Shown here: in pieces, positions 9,990 through 20,658 of the stretch | Layout: the number at the start of each line of letters is the position of its first letter | Position numbering within the stretch: the first letter of the stretch is position 1 | From: an uncultured virus (IMG/VR IMGVR_UViG_3300031787_000080) | Taxonomy: Duplodnaviria; Heunggongvirae; Uroviricota; Caudoviricetes | Reading direction: 5' to 3' (one strand) | Length of the DNA stretch: 64,000 bases | Virus record (IMG/VR): IMGVR_UViG_3300031787_000080 | Program-made: the position numbers and the translations under genes | The notes under the pieces: generated by a model | Database searches by the model: none | Told to the model about the DNA's origin: nothing | What the model saw: the letters and a program-made list of their open reading frames with translations, nothing else

Positions 9990-10565
9990 ATGGCTAAATA
10001 CACGTTCACAACTTATCGACGAAAGCAAGGCACATCTGAATTCACGGTAGTAAATCAAGAAACCCTTGATCGTTATTCTGATTATCGCAATTGTAGTGTG
10101 CTTGATGATTTTGTGATTGTTCACAATCATAAAACTGGCACATATCATAATTTTTGCCGAAAAGACTTCTATGGCGATGTTGATGGGCAAATTATTTTCG
10201 GATGCAATCTATTTGGAGTTCCTGTTGTTGAACACAAAGATGATATGCAAATTCATTCTGTGACTTTCGCACAGGTAGCGACGTCGTGGCGCAATCGAGA
10301 CGTCTGTGTTCATTTTGACCGCAGCATTCATCCGCAAGATTTTCAAGATGTCCATGCCCTCATCGCCGCTATTGAAAATGCGCTTAAGAACATTCATGGA
10401 CAAAGCCAAGCTGCCAACCATGGAAGAATGTTGGCATGCGGAGGAGAAAATGCATATAGAGCCTATAACATGGGGGAAGTTTATTTTGCAATTTACCTTA
10501 TACATCAGCGAACTGGCGCAAGAGTTGTCACACTTAATAATCGCGTGGGGATTTTTTACTACTAA
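9990..10565 (+). CDS. Hypothetical protein
   Basis: After promoter; C-terminal YRAY..GE..F resembles 11536 ORF. Confidence 0.7.
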   Translation: MAKYTFTTYRRKQGTSEFTVVNQETLDRYSDYRNCSVLDDFVIVHNHKTGTYHNFCRKDFYGDVDGQIIFGCNLFGVPVVEHKDDMQIHSVTFAQVATSWRNRDVCVHFDRSIHPQDFQDVHALIAAIENALKNIHGQSQAANHGRMLACGGENAYRAYNMGEVYFAIYLIHQRTGARVVTLNNRVGIFYY

Positions 10566-10607
10566 AAAATCCCCGATTTTCACCACTCCAATCGGATATA
10601 TAATCAC

Positions 10608-11132
10608 ATGAACTTTGCTCACGAACTTAAAGCCAAGGTGTGTTGCATCCTTTTACAATCGGGATGTGTAATTCGTAACCCAGATGACATCATACAAACA
10701 TATAGCCAACGAATTGACGCTGATTTTCGAGCCACGGAAATGGCTTATGAAGATTTCAAACAAAATGGAATTGACCTAGAGGCATCGTCAACGATTGAAG
10801 ATGGAACCGAGGGCGCATTTGATGGCTCATTTAATGAGCCTCTTCAAGTCCCTTATATTAAGTGCACGATTGTTTCCAACACGGGCATATCTTATCCTTT
10901 CGCGGCTCAAACAGGAGGAAAACTTGATAACTCACTATCGGCTATTATGAAACTTCTTTGTTCTAATCATGATATTAATGAGTCTCTTGAAGAACTCAAG
11001 ACGCGATTAGAAGATGTTAAGAAGCAAACTCAGAAAATCGAGCGTGATGGACCCTACAAAGCCATGTTTGAAAGAGACTATGAGCTTATGCTCGATAGTC
11101 ACTTGGCCTATGAGAGTTATTGCTATCTCTAA
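10608..11132 (+). CDS. Hypothetical protein, paralog family B
   Basis: Similar to 9511. Confidence 0.75.
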   Translation: MNFAHELKAKVCCILLQSGCVIRNPDDIIQTYSQRIDADFRATEMAYEDFKQNGIDLEASSTIEDGTEGAFDGSFNEPLQVPYIKCTIVSNTGISYPFAAQTGGKLDNSLSAIMKLLCSNHDINESLEELKTRLEDVKKQTQKIERDGPYKAMFERDYELMLDSHLAYESYCYL

Positions 11133-11144
11133 AACAAAACAGAC

Positions 11145-11552
11145 ATGATTAAAAAACTAACAAAAGCACTCGAAAATAAAGCACAATTAAACTTTTCCGA
11201 TGAAACCTTGGCACATATGCAACTAGGTCTCGCGATGATGCAAGCCGCGCAAATTTACCGTGACGCGATTAAAGCACTTCTTTCAGATCATGACGAAGAG
11301 GTTTTCGATGAAAGAATCAAAAGTGCCATGAATGAACACAACATCTGTGCATTAACGACTTTGATTGACTATATGTATGATGGTGGAGAAAACTATCTTG
11401 ATGTGAATCTCAGTCACCTTACAGATGAAGAAGTTGAAAAAATGCCACTATCAGAAACAAACATGTATCACTTCCTGTTTATCCCCGTGAAGAAAAATCC
11501 CCTAAATTTTTCACTAACAATGAATATAAAAGCCAATGATGAACCCCAATAA
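11145..11552 (+). CDS. Hypothetical protein
   Basis: 135-aa ORF in gene run. Confidence 0.65.
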   Translation: MIKKLTKALENKAQLNFSDETLAHMQLGLAMMQAAQIYRDAIKALLSDHDEEVFDERIKSAMNEHNICALTTLIDYMYDGGENYLDVNLSHLTDEEVEKMPLSETNMYHFLFIPVKKNPLNFSLTMNIKANDEPQ

Positions 11553-12099
11553 TCTCGCACTTTATAAAGCATCCACAGAGTATTTTAAGCAAGACCCTAA
11601 AACACTCCAGTTTTACTCTGTGGATTTTGAAGATGACGACACATTGCGCACATTACAAGGCATCGGATCAGTTGTTGTCCGCACGCACCCGCGCACTGAA
11701 CTGATTTCTTTCTATGCTGATTTTCGCAACAAAGAATTGCAATATGCGCTCGGAGTTAAAATGCTCGGGGTTAATTTTGCCACGATCAGAGAACTAACTC
11801 CCAATTGCAGCTTTTTTGATGATGAATGTACGTTCTATTTTCATGCCGAAAATCCAGATCAATTAGGAGATGTATATTTCCAAGAATACAGACGATATCA
11901 CAATCTTAGAGACAATTTAGCACAAACATCAAAGCTCAGTCGAAAGAAAATCGCTAAAGAGCTTGAACATTTTGATTCTTATGAAGAATATCGAGCTTTT
12001 CGAGCTGGGGCAATTTTCTTCGTGATCTTTAACATCTGCCGAAAGTATAATATGACTTTTGTGCAAATCCCTTCATGCAGACTGGATCGAGCTTTTTAA
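11536..12099 (+). CDS. Hypothetical protein
   Basis: After promoter embedded in upstream gene. Confidence 0.7.
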   Translation: MMNPNNLALYKASTEYFKQDPKTLQFYSVDFEDDDTLRTLQGIGSVVVRTHPRTELISFYADFRNKELQYALGVKMLGVNFATIRELTPNCSFFDDECTFYFHAENPDQLGDVYFQEYRRYHNLRDNLAQTSKLSRKKIAKELEHFDSYEEYRAFRAGAIFFVIFNICRKYNMTFVQIPSCRLDRAF

Positions 12100-12100
12100 A

Positions 12101-12529
12101 ATGCAGACATTTCTTCCATATCCTGATTTTAAGAAAAGCGCACAGTCTCTCGATTATAGACGATTGCAAAACCAGATCGTTGAATGCCACCAATTGCTTA
12201 AAGCTCTCACGAGCCCCGAGCCAAGAGGGTGGCGAAACCACCCAGCTGCACTTATGTGGAAGGGGCATGAAAAGGCGTTAGCACAATATGCTGAAGCGTG
12301 CTGGGATGAATGGAAAAATCGAGGCTACGGCCCCGATCACAAATCCATTGTTAAAATTCGAGAAATAGCGCAAGCACTTCGATCAACAGACGAATCGCCC
12401 CGATGGATCGGTGATGAAGAATTTCATGCTTCTCATCGGGGAAATCTACTAAGAAAAGATTTGGCTTATTATAGCCAATACAACTGGACAGAAAGCCCCG
12501 ATCTGGAGTATATCTGGCCAACACCATAA
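12101..12529 (+). CDS. Pyrimidine dimer DNA glycosylase family (MSMEG_6728-like)
   Basis: MQTFLPY.DF..SA..LD.RRL..Q.VE, HPA..MW.G, HASHR.NLLRKD..YY. Confidence 0.8.
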   Translation: MQTFLPYPDFKKSAQSLDYRRLQNQIVECHQLLKALTSPEPRGWRNHPAALMWKGHEKALAQYAEACWDEWKNRGYGPDHKSIVKIREIAQALRSTDESPRWIGDEEFHASHRGNLLRKDLAYYSQYNWTESPDLEYIWPTP

Positions 12530-12544
12530 AAGAGAACAAACATA

Positions 12545-12736
12545 ATGACCGATAACGAACGACAAGAACTAGAACTCTTCCTTAAAGACATTGAAGTGCT
12601 TCAGGAAACTTTCACCACATTGCCCGATAAGATGCAAAGCACTATCGGCAAGGACATGGCGATTCAGATGGGCGATATTATGCAAGAGATTAAACGACTC
12701 AAAGCAGAAACGCTTGTTGAGCTAGGGTTGGTTTAA
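12545..12736 (+). CDS. Hypothetical protein
   Basis: Small ORF in gene run. Confidence 0.6.
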   Translation: MTDNERQELELFLKDIEVLQETFTTLPDKMQSTIGKDMAIQMGDIMQEIKRLKAETLVELGLV

Positions 12737-12741
12737 TTGAC

Positions 12742-13101
12742 ATGACAGAGCAGCAACAAATCAAACTTTTTCAAGAAATAGTCAAGATGGCAGCCAGTAA
12801 TCCAACTGCTCATGAATTGGGTGAGTCCGTTGCTGAGTTGTTAAAAGAGAATAACGCGCTCGAATGGTGGGACAAAAAAACCAACCGCACCACATTCACC
12901 AAAGAAGAACAAGAGGTTATTCACGCAGTAAAAAGTGGTTGGCAGTTTTATCGAATGGATGGTAAAAACTGGTATTGGATGAATGATGTGGAAGACCCAT
13001 GGACATGCCCGCGCATGCCGAATATAAGATATGTTTCTACGCGAATGATAAACAGGCTAAAAGCCTGCGGGCAGTTTCCCAAAAACTACAAATTCGCTTA
13101 A
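12742..13101 (+). CDS. Hypothetical protein
   Basis: ORF in gene run. Confidence 0.65.
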   Translation: MTEQQQIKLFQEIVKMAASNPTAHELGESVAELLKENNALEWWDKKTNRTTFTKEEQEVIHAVKSGWQFYRMDGKNWYWMNDVEDPWTCPRMPNIRYVSTRMINRLKACGQFPKNYKFA

Positions 13102-13116
13102 AAATCAATTCATATC

Positions 13117-13524
13117 ATGATCCTGTATCACATTAGCCATCAATACCTCGGGGAAAATCCAACTTTTTCCCCGAAAATCCCCGATCACCCAATGCCAGGG
13201 GAAAATGAAACCATCCCTCGAATTTGCACGGCTCCAACAATCTCGGGATGTTATCTTGCAATTTTGTCAGATTTCTATCTGCTCGCCAAAGAAGGACAAG
13301 ACATCCCCGAATATTTCGTCTATGCAACTGAAACTGACAAAGCTGTTTTCGCAGGGGAAAATGTCCCCGATTCCAACATAACAGGAGAACACTGGATTAA
13401 GGAGCCAACACAATTTCATCTAATAGGCAAAGCACCTAGAATCAAAATCACAATGAAAAGATATGCCCAGAAACCATTTCTTAACCAACTCAGAAAAACC
13501 GTGGATGAAACGATCACTTTCTAA
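13117..13524 (+). CDS. Hypothetical phage protein (LYHIS...PRICTAPTI motif)
   Basis: Conserved-looking motif; possibly ADP-ribosyltransferase-like fold, unverified. Confidence 0.65.
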   Translation: MILYHISHQYLGENPTFSPKIPDHPMPGENETIPRICTAPTISGCYLAILSDFYLLAKEGQDIPEYFVYATETDKAVFAGENVPDSNITGEHWIKEPTQFHLIGKAPRIKITMKRYAQKPFLNQLRKTVDETITF

Positions 13525-13565
13525 AAAATCCCCCTTTTCATAAACTCTGATCGGATATATAAATC

Positions 13566-13868
13566 ATGCCGAAATTCAAAGTTGATTTCATTGTTCAGAA
13601 CTTTCCCGATCCCGACGAGTCCGCATACCTAGCGACAAGAGAAGCTGTTCGCAATCAGCTCAAACATACTAAGGTCAAAACTAGGCAATGGAATAGGAGC
13701 ACTACAACTATTGTCTATACAGAATTTTGTGATGATGCTGTGATCGGATATGAAGACTGGAAAGAAAAGTATCTCGAAAGCCTGATCGAAGAAGTCAAAG
13801 AAAAGGGAGTCGTGATCCGAAGTGTTGAGATCACTGCCACATCTTACGAATACATTATCCAAGACTGA
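13566..13868 (+). CDS. Hypothetical protein, paralog family C
   Basis: KH.K..TR.W and DD.VIGY.D..EKYL shared with 14186. Confidence 0.75.
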   Translation: MPKFKVDFIVQNFPDPDESAYLATREAVRNQLKHTKVKTRQWNRSTTTIVYTEFCDDAVIGYEDWKEKYLESLIEEVKEKGVVIRSVEITATSYEYIIQD

Positions 13869-13875
13869 AAACACT

Positions 13876-14178
13876 ATGCCTAAAACTAACACTCAAGAAC
13901 TGCTTGATCAAATCGTAGAACAGTGCTTTAATCATCTAACCCCAGGTAAAAACATTCATCTTATCTACAGAGAAGGCAACCCAGTTCCATGGGAATTAAG
14001 AATTGATGATTTTGAAAGCTGGACACATTTGAAAAAAGGTATGTCTTTTATGGGAATGATGATGAAGGTAGCGCAAATTCTAGATTGCGAAAATGGCGAC
14101 CAAGAAGTATACAAGACTTATGGATGCCCCACTTGTGGCTGCGGCGACAAAGACATGTATACGCTTAAATTCTGGTGA
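13876..14178 (+). CDS. Hypothetical protein with CPTC motif
   Basis: ATG at 13876; GCPTCGCG. Confidence 0.65.
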   Translation: MPKTNTQELLDQIVEQCFNHLTPGKNIHLIYREGNPVPWELRIDDFESWTHLKKGMSFMGMMMKVAQILDCENGDQEVYKTYGCPTCGCGDKDMYTLKFW

Positions 14179-14185
14179 AAACACT

Positions 14186-14494
14186 ATGCCGAAAATCAAA
14201 ATTGAACTCCAAATTAAAGACTCGCAAAATCATACTAATCCGCCGCATGTCCTGATTAGAAATGTCTTTCGCGATCATATCAAGCACGCCAAGATTCAAA
14301 CAAGAAACTGGAGGGCATATGCTCGATGGGGCTACTACTGGATGATTCTGAAATTCAATGATGATACAGTGATCGGATATGATGATTTTAACGAAAAGTA
14401 TCTCCGCGAAATTTTGGATGAAATCGAACAAAATGGTGTATGTGTCCCGAAGGCGGAAGTCACTGTCAAATCCAAAGAAACGATCACTTTCTAA
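14186..14494 (+). CDS. Hypothetical protein, paralog family C
   Basis: Similar to 13566. Confidence 0.75.
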   Translation: MPKIKIELQIKDSQNHTNPPHVLIRNVFRDHIKHAKIQTRNWRAYARWGYYWMILKFNDDTVIGYDDFNEKYLREILDEIEQNGVCVPKAEVTVKSKETITF

Positions 14495-14535
14495 AAAATC
14501 CCCCTTTTCATAAACACTGATCGGATATATAAATC

Positions 14536-15201
14536 ATGAAAAACATTATTGACGTACATGGAAACAAAACCAGAGCCATTTATCATATCACCATACGCGG
14601 AACTGGTGCATGGGCTCAAATTGATGTTAGATCAACTGGCCCTAAAGCGATCCCAGAATATACGATTGCAGTGGATGAGCCAGATCAATTAGTTAGTTGT
14701 ATGACCAATGCGATTAATGCCGCAGAATTTCTAGTGCAGAAGGAAAGAGAAAAGGGTACGCTGTGCGCCAACATTTCGCCCAACAATACTTTCATTGCAA
14801 TTGACAACACATACCTTCGGGGCATTGATGTGAATACTATCGTTGAAATTTTGGAAACAGACTTCATTCACGCATGGATTGAAAAAACAAACAATAGACT
14901 GTCAGCTAACATTAAAGTCAATGTAGAAATGCCCATTTTAGAGTTGCTGGGTTGCACTACAATTGATTATCGCTTTGTGAGCAATAAACACACCTCAATC
15001 CCTAAGCGCCGAATCAACTTCCCCGAAGGATTTATGTTGCGAGAAAACTCAATCGGAGACTGCAAATACTCTCTTGAAAATCTCACAAGAACGAGCATGG
15101 ACGGTTGCTATATTGCCGATCTGCAAATTCCAGATTGGATGATGCCTCTCGTTGACGCATTCATGGACGAAAACGCAGATTGGGTTAACAATCATCCCTA
15201 A
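14536..15201 (+). CDS. Hypothetical protein, paralog family D
   Basis: NTFI.ID, ILELL, L.EN..G..KYSL, L.I..W.MP..D.FM.ENA shared with 15550. Confidence 0.75.
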   Translation: MKNIIDVHGNKTRAIYHITIRGTGAWAQIDVRSTGPKAIPEYTIAVDEPDQLVSCMTNAINAAEFLVQKEREKGTLCANISPNNTFIAIDNTYLRGIDVNTIVEILETDFIHAWIEKTNNRLSANIKVNVEMPILELLGCTTIDYRFVSNKHTSIPKRRINFPEGFMLRENSIGDCKYSLENLTRTSMDGCYIADLQIPDWMMPLVDAFMDENADWVNNHP

Positions 15202-15241
15202 AAATCCCCCATTTCACAAACCCCAATCGGATATATAAATC

Positions 15242-15550
15242 ATGCCAAAAGTTAACCTTACTGAACACGATACCACAATTCTTAGAGAAGCCAAAGCCTC
15301 CTTAGAACGACTTGCTGAAATGATCGGGCCAACTGGGTTTTACCCCATCAACTTGGCTAATCAAATCCAAGGTATCTTGGACAAAGCCGAACAAACCAAG
15401 ACCGCAACCCCCGAGCTGATCGAACTTGCCCGACAACAATACCAGCAAGAAGGATATGTTGAAATTGATGACAACGCGGAAGTTTCCGAAGGCAAAGATC
15501 AAGGCGTCTATGTGCAAGCATGGGTGTGGGTAGGCAAAGGAGAAGAATAA
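15242..15550 (+). CDS. Hypothetical protein
   Basis: After promoter; EIDD.A.VS...G.YVQAWVWV tail. Confidence 0.7.
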   Translation: MPKVNLTEHDTTILREAKASLERLAEMIGPTGFYPINLANQIQGILDKAEQTKTATPELIELARQQYQQEGYVEIDDNAEVSEGKDQGVYVQAWVWVGKGEE

Positions 15551-16206
15551 TGGAAAACCATCTCGTTTACGGTGAAAAAGGAAAGACATATAGCATCACT
15601 TTGACTTTGCCTCGTCAAGATTGGCGATACGCTGACATTCACGTTGTTAATAACGCAAACTTACATCAACTGAATATGAACGTTGACCACATAGCAGAGC
15701 TTTCCGAAAAACTGATGTACGCCGTGAGGGCAATGAATCTTGTTGCGCAAAAAACCAGAAATGAAGCTCGTGACGAAGTGGCGAATGAATGGCCCGAAAT
15801 GACCCCATACAATACTTTTATTGATATTGATTACGATGAAGATATGACGGTCAAAATTCTGAGAGAGATTGAATATGAAACGATCAGCACATTCGTCCCC
15901 GAATGGCAAGCAAAACATCAAGAAAAAACCATGGGATCAAGACAGATCAAGCTGGATCAAACTATTGATATTCTTGAACTTTTGGACTTTAATAACCAAG
16001 AATATGAATGGGAGAGAGATGTGCCCCCTTATAAACGATCAGTAATGATCGGACCCAAAATCTATCTTCAAGAAAATGAAAAGGGGGAATATAAGTATTC
16101 ATTAGTTAAATTTGTCTGGGTAGGAGAGCGCTCAGTTAAAAATCTCCCTATTCAAAAATGGCTTATGCCGATCATTGATAAATTCATGAATGAAAACGCA
16201 AAGTAA
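15550..16206 (+). CDS. Hypothetical protein, paralog family D
   Basis: Similar to 14536. Confidence 0.75.
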   Translation: MENHLVYGEKGKTYSITLTLPRQDWRYADIHVVNNANLHQLNMNVDHIAELSEKLMYAVRAMNLVAQKTRNEARDEVANEWPEMTPYNTFIDIDYDEDMTVKILREIEYETISTFVPEWQAKHQEKTMGSRQIKLDQTIDILELLDFNNQEYEWERDVPPYKRSVMIGPKIYLQENEKGEYKYSLVKFVWVGERSVKNLPIQKWLMPIIDKFMNENAK

Positions 16207-16259
16207 ACAAAAAATCATAGCCATTTGAAGCAATCCCCGATCTGAATTATGATCGGGGA

Positions 16260-16377
16260 TTTTTTATGACTTTCTATCACGATCTTTTTTATGACTTTCT
16301 ATCACGATCTTTTTTATGACTTTCTATCACGATCTTTTTTATGACTTTCTATCACGATCTTTTTTATGACTTTCTAT
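16260..16377. repeat. Tandem repeat, 25-nt unit TTTTTTATGACTTTCTATCACGATC x4 plus a partial copy
   Basis: ATGAC at 16266, 16291, 16316, 16341, 16366. Confidence 0.95.
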
Positions 16378-16476
16378 GATCGGGTGCCACGGCGGGCTTA
16401 TTTTCTAAAAAAATCCCCTTTTTTCATCTGCTCGATATACTATATAAACTACCTTTAATCAGGAATCCACCAGATA

Positions 16477-18576
16477 ATGATTACTAACCAAACTAACAAG
16501 CCTGTTGAATCTCTTGGGGTTCAATCTGAAGCATTTTTCAACGTCAAGCAAGAAAACCTCGCGTTTATCTTTGGTATCCTCCGCAATAACCTTTACTCTG
16601 ATAAGCCCCTGGCTATTCTGCGAGAGTATTCTGCTAATGCCAAGGATGCTCATGCTGAAAATGGTTGCCCTGAGCGACCGTTTGTCGTCACGATGCCCAC
16701 GGCCTTGTCTCCGAATCTTAGCATCCGAGACTTTGGCAAGGGTCTGAGCGAAGAACAAGTCTATAATATTTTTGCATCGTATGGTGCGTCAACCAAGCGC
16801 GAAACCAATGACCAGATTGGGGGCTTTGGCATTGGCTCCAAGTCGGCTTTCTGTTATGTTAATGGTTTTACGATTGTTAGCATCTTTGAAGGCAAGAAGT
16901 CTACTTATCGTGCCTACATTGATGAAACCAATATCGGTAAAATCTCTCGAATGGGCGAGCCTACTGACACCGATGAAGAAAGTGGCCTTGAAATCATTGT
17001 TGAAATCAAGCAAAATGATATTCACTCTTTTGTTGCGGCTGGAAAGTCTCTCTTTAAGCACTTCAATCCCAAGCCGATTATTGTTTCTTGCCGCGATTTG
17101 AGCGAGTATATTGCTAACTATCGTCAGGGTGAAGTCTTGATCGAAGGCTCTGATTGGAGCATTGTGAAGCGTCAAAACTATGGTTCTTCCGAGGCTTATT
17201 GTGTTATGGGAGATATTCGCTATCCCATTCAGATCAACAAGATCACTTCTGATCGTAAGGGCTGGGTTGATTCACTTTATGGTAGCACAATCAACATTGT
17301 CACTCCGATTGGGTCTGTGAAGATGAGCGCAAGCCGTGAATCACTTGAGTATGACGAGGTTACAATTGACTTTCTTAACAAGTCTGTCGAACGAATCTAT
17401 GCCGAAGCCTGCCAAATGGTGACGAATGAACTCAAGAATTGCAAGACTCTTTGGGAAGCGCGAATTTACCTCAAGGAAATGGACAAAATTTACGGTAGCC
17501 TTAATGTTAAGGCTGAGTGGAATGGCGAACCTATTAAACTACCGCACGTCCATCTTGGGCCGAATGGTTCTGTTGGCGCGATTGAAGGTATTAGCCTTAT
17601 TCGACGAGCAGAAAAGACCCGTAACGGGGACCTAAAGTGGTGCCGATGTGCTGATATTGTGCCTTCTAAGAATGTCATTATCTTTACGGACAATGGCACG
17701 GTGAAGCGAAACACGCTCTTTTCGCGAATTAACAAGTACGTTGCTGACAACAACTTCGGGGGAACCTGCGTGCTTGCTCAATTCACTACGGCTGAGGCCC
17801 AGAAGGAGTTTGAGACTCACGAAGAAATCATCGGCGCGAATATCATTGATGTTGAAACCCTGGCTTATGTGCCTCCGATTCGTGCGAAGCGCATTAGCAC
17901 TGGTGCGCGTGATAAGCAAAAGTGTTCGGCTTTCACTTACAATGGCAAGACCTATGCCAGCGTGAAGTCTCAAGCCTGGGACCCCGTGGAAGTGGACCTT
18001 GTTAATGATGGCGGGGTTTATGTTTACATTGACAAATTCTTGCCAGTCGGTTTTAGTGGCTTTGGACACCTGAAAAAGATCATTGAAGCATTGGGAGAAT
18101 TAACTAATGAAACGATCATTGTTCACGGGTTCCGCGCAATGAAGAAAACCGAAAACCTTGGAAGCAATTGGGTTAGCCTTGAGGACAAAATCAAGAGTGT
18201 TATGCAAGATTGGGCCGCTGATGAGCAAACTAGCATGATGGTTGCTTCAAACTACGTCCATGATGAAACGGAAAGAATTTTTGATTATATTCAAGCGCAC
18301 CGTGACTTACTTGATGATTCAAGTGTCGCCGCTGAGTTTGTAGACTTTATCAGTGAGTTTCCGACTGTGGTTGATGAAAATGCTCTGGATAATCTGAAAT
18401 ACCTGTCTAATTATTCTTGTGATTTTTACAATACGTCTGATGTGGATGAGCATCGGAGTAAGTATAATGAACTCAAGAAAAAGGTCTGGGAAACTTATCC
18501 TATGCTGATATGCATTGCCCATAAGCATGAAGATCGGCGAGCTTTAGACTACATTGCTCTGGTGGACAAAAAGTAG
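16477..18576 (+). CDS. rIIA: rIIA-like protein (N-terminal GHKL/HATPase domain)
   Basis: LYSDK..A..REY..NA.DAH, IRDFG.GLS, Y..STK, GGFGIGSKS.F.Y; followed by rIIB-like gene. Confidence 0.85.
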   Translation: MITNQTNKPVESLGVQSEAFFNVKQENLAFIFGILRNNLYSDKPLAILREYSANAKDAHAENGCPERPFVVTMPTALSPNLSIRDFGKGLSEEQVYNIFASYGASTKRETNDQIGGFGIGSKSAFCYVNGFTIVSIFEGKKSTYRAYIDETNIGKISRMGEPTDTDEESGLEIIVEIKQNDIHSFVAAGKSLFKHFNPKPIIVSCRDLSEYIANYRQGEVLIEGSDWSIVKRQNYGSSEAYCVMGDIRYPIQINKITSDRKGWVDSLYGSTINIVTPIGSVKMSASRESLEYDEVTIDFLNKSVERIYAEACQMVTNELKNCKTLWEARIYLKEMDKIYGSLNVKAEWNGEPIKLPHVHLGPNGSVGAIEGISLIRRAEKTRNGDLKWCRCADIVPSKNVIIFTDNGTVKRNTLFSRINKYVADNNFGGTCVLAQFTTAEAQKEFETHEEIIGANIIDVETLAYVPPIRAKRISTGARDKQKCSAFTYNGKTYASVKSQAWDPVEVDLVNDGGVYVYIDKFLPVGFSGFGHLKKIIEALGELTNETIIVHGFRAMKKTENLGSNWVSLEDKIKSVMQDWAADEQTSMMVASNYVHDETERIFDYIQAHRDLLDDSSVAAEFVDFISEFPTVVDENALDNLKYLSNYSCDFYNTSDVDEHRSKYNELKKKVWETYPMLICIAHKHEDRRALDYIALVDKK

Positions 18577-18724
18577 TCTAGCATCGGGGAGCGGGCATAA
18601 TGCCTGTCTCCCCATTTTTATGACTTTCTGCGATTATGCAGCACGATTAATCTTTTTTTAAAAAAATCCCCTTTTTTCGCAGAGAAACTTGCTATAATAA
18701 AGTATCGGAGACGTAGAATAAGTA

Positions 18725-19978
18725 ATGAAGATCACCGCATGTATTTACCAAACTGGCGATAGCCTCACAATCGCTTTTGACAATGGAAGTCCGCTGACTA
18801 TCCATAGTTACGATGGCAATTTTAACAAGGCCGTTGAAGCCTATCGCAATGGGGATGTTGAAGAACTTTATAGTTTGATGAACATCCTCACATCTATCGA
18901 AAAGATGAGCGAATCTATTGATGACATTAAGGTTGTCGGCAATAGCGTTTATTATCGTGATGAAGAAATCCACAACGTTATTGTTGATCGGATTTTGGAC
19001 TTCCGTAATAATGGCTTTGACATTAAGCCGCTTGCGCGAATGTTGTCCAAGCTGATGCTGAACCCCTCTCGCCGCGCCGTGGAAGAACTCTACAAGTTCC
19101 TTGCCCACAAGAACCTTCCCGTCACCGATAATGGTAATTTTCTTGCCTATAAGGGCGTGACTTCGGATTATTGGAGCATTACGAGTGGTGATGCCAAGCT
19201 GATTAAGGGGACGGTTGATGATGGAGGCCGTATCTACAATGGTGTCGGTGAAGAAATCCAAATGCACCGCAATAAGGTGGATGACAATAAGGACAATCAC
19301 TGTTCTTATGGCCTTCATGCTGGTAGCCTTGAATACGCTGATAACTTCCGTAGTTACGGCGGCTACGGCGGAAAGCTGATGATCGTGGAAATTGACCCCG
19401 CTGATGTAGTGTCGATTCCTAGCGATTGTGGTTGCCAAAAGCTCCGAACTTGCCGCTATAAGGTTGTTGGCGAGTATGACGGACCTCTGACTCAGCCTCT
19501 GTACGAATCTAATTTTTCCACCGAAAATGACGATCTTTATGATGAAGATATTTTTGACGAAGATGATTGCAACGAAGGTGACTACGACTATACTGAGCCC
19601 GAGGATTTTGACAATGAAGATGATTTAGGTGTCGTCACCGACCAGTGTGGGAATGTTCTTAATGATGGCGATGTTTGTCTGTCTGATGACGGCAAGTTGT
19701 ACGCCTGGAATGAAAATAACAAGACGTTTGTTGACCTTGACGATTCTGAAAATGAGCTTGATAGCGCGATGTGGGAGAAGATGACCTATCTCGACCCCGA
19801 TGCCCGAAATGATAGTGACTTTTTGGTACTGATTGATGGCATGATCTACGAGGACTCTTTCGGCAATAAACTCAAGTGGAATGAGACGGCTGACTTGTTT
19901 GAATATGTCAATACAACGTCGTGGCCCAAGCCTACTTATCTTCAGGCAATTCGCAATAAGATTGTTCGCGTTCAGTGA
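18725..19978 (+). CDS. rIIB: rIIB-like protein with acidic C-terminal extension
   Basis: L..NPS...V.ELY.FL, G.FLAYK.V, M.R..VDD, CS.GLH, P.DVVSIP.D....K.R.C.Y.V. Confidence 0.88.
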   Translation: MKITACIYQTGDSLTIAFDNGSPLTIHSYDGNFNKAVEAYRNGDVEELYSLMNILTSIEKMSESIDDIKVVGNSVYYRDEEIHNVIVDRILDFRNNGFDIKPLARMLSKLMLNPSRRAVEELYKFLAHKNLPVTDNGNFLAYKGVTSDYWSITSGDAKLIKGTVDDGGRIYNGVGEEIQMHRNKVDDNKDNHCSYGLHAGSLEYADNFRSYGGYGGKLMIVEIDPADVVSIPSDCGCQKLRTCRYKVVGEYDGPLTQPLYESNFSTENDDLYDEDIFDEDDCNEGDYDYTEPEDFDNEDDLGVVTDQCGNVLNDGDVCLSDDGKLYAWNENNKTFVDLDDSENELDSAMWEKMTYLDPDARNDSDFLVLIDGMIYEDSFGNKLKWNETADLFEYVNTTSWPKPTYLQAIRNKIVRVQ

Positions 19979-19994
19979 ACAATCAAATAAGAAG

Positions 19995-20021
19995 AAAGGC
20001 CCCTAAAAGGGGCCTTTCTTT
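19995..20021 (+). terminator. Intrinsic terminator
   Basis: AAAGGCCCC TAAAA GGGGCCTTT CTTT. Confidence 0.75.
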
Positions 20022-20055
20022 ATGACTTTCTACGATTATGCGACAGCACAGCCGA

Positions 20056-20095
20056 TCACTCTCCAAGTCACTCTCCAAGTCACTCTCCAAGTCAC
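20056..20095. repeat. Tandem repeat TCACTCTCCAAG x3
   Basis: Three exact 12-nt units plus TCAC. Confidence 0.9.
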
Positions 20096-20140
20096 CAAAA
20101 ATCCCCTTTTTTCTGGCAAGCAACACAATATATAGAAGTA

Positions 20141-20440
20141 ATGAAAGTCCGAGTTTATCACAACCCCGATGATGTTTTTGATTTCACCAGCATTGAAGAT
20201 ATGATCGCTGTTGCAGACGTTGAGTGTGATGATATTGAGCACGCAATGGAATTGACCATGAGTATTGATGACGATTGGTGGAAGAACAGCGGTGTGACCA
20301 AGTTATTTGAGGATGAAATTTGTCGCAGCACGAATGCTGGCGATGCGATTGTGAACTTGGATACTAATAAGATTCATGTTGTTGAGTTGCTTGGTTTTCG
20401 CACGATTGAATCTGACGTAATCTTTACGGGGAAGGAATAA
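20141..20440 (+). CDS. Hypothetical protein
   Basis: After promoter. Confidence 0.7.
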   Translation: MKVRVYHNPDDVFDFTSIEDMIAVADVECDDIEHAMELTMSIDDDWWKNSGVTKLFEDEICRSTNAGDAIVNLDTNKIHVVELLGFRTIESDVIFTGKE

Positions 20441-20442
20441 CA

Positions 20443-20658
20443 ATGCACGGTATTTTGTTGCTTGGTTTTTTAATGATCGGCTTTGTGGTCATGGCTTGCG
20501 GCGTGACTGGTTGGATGATGGCTGGCGTGTTAAGTGACACTATTTTCAATGAGAAGTCCGAGATTGATTTTCATAAGCGAATGGCTTTGATCGGTTTTAT
20601 GATTATGGTGCTTACTGTTCTTATTGACTGGGCAATTGGAGGGTTCCCATGGGCGTGA
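20443..20658 (+). CDS. Small two-TM membrane protein
   Basis: Two hydrophobic segments. Confidence 0.65.
   Translation: MHGILLLGFLMIGFVVMACGVTGWMMAGVLSDTIFNEKSEIDFHKRMALIGFMIMVLTVLIDWAIGGFPWA

Noticed and set aside
16260..16377. CRISPR array
   Set aside because: Units are head-to-tail identical with no unique spacers, and no cas gene is in the window.
18692..19438. 248-aa minus-strand ORF
   Set aside because: Antisense shadow of the well-supported rIIB gene.
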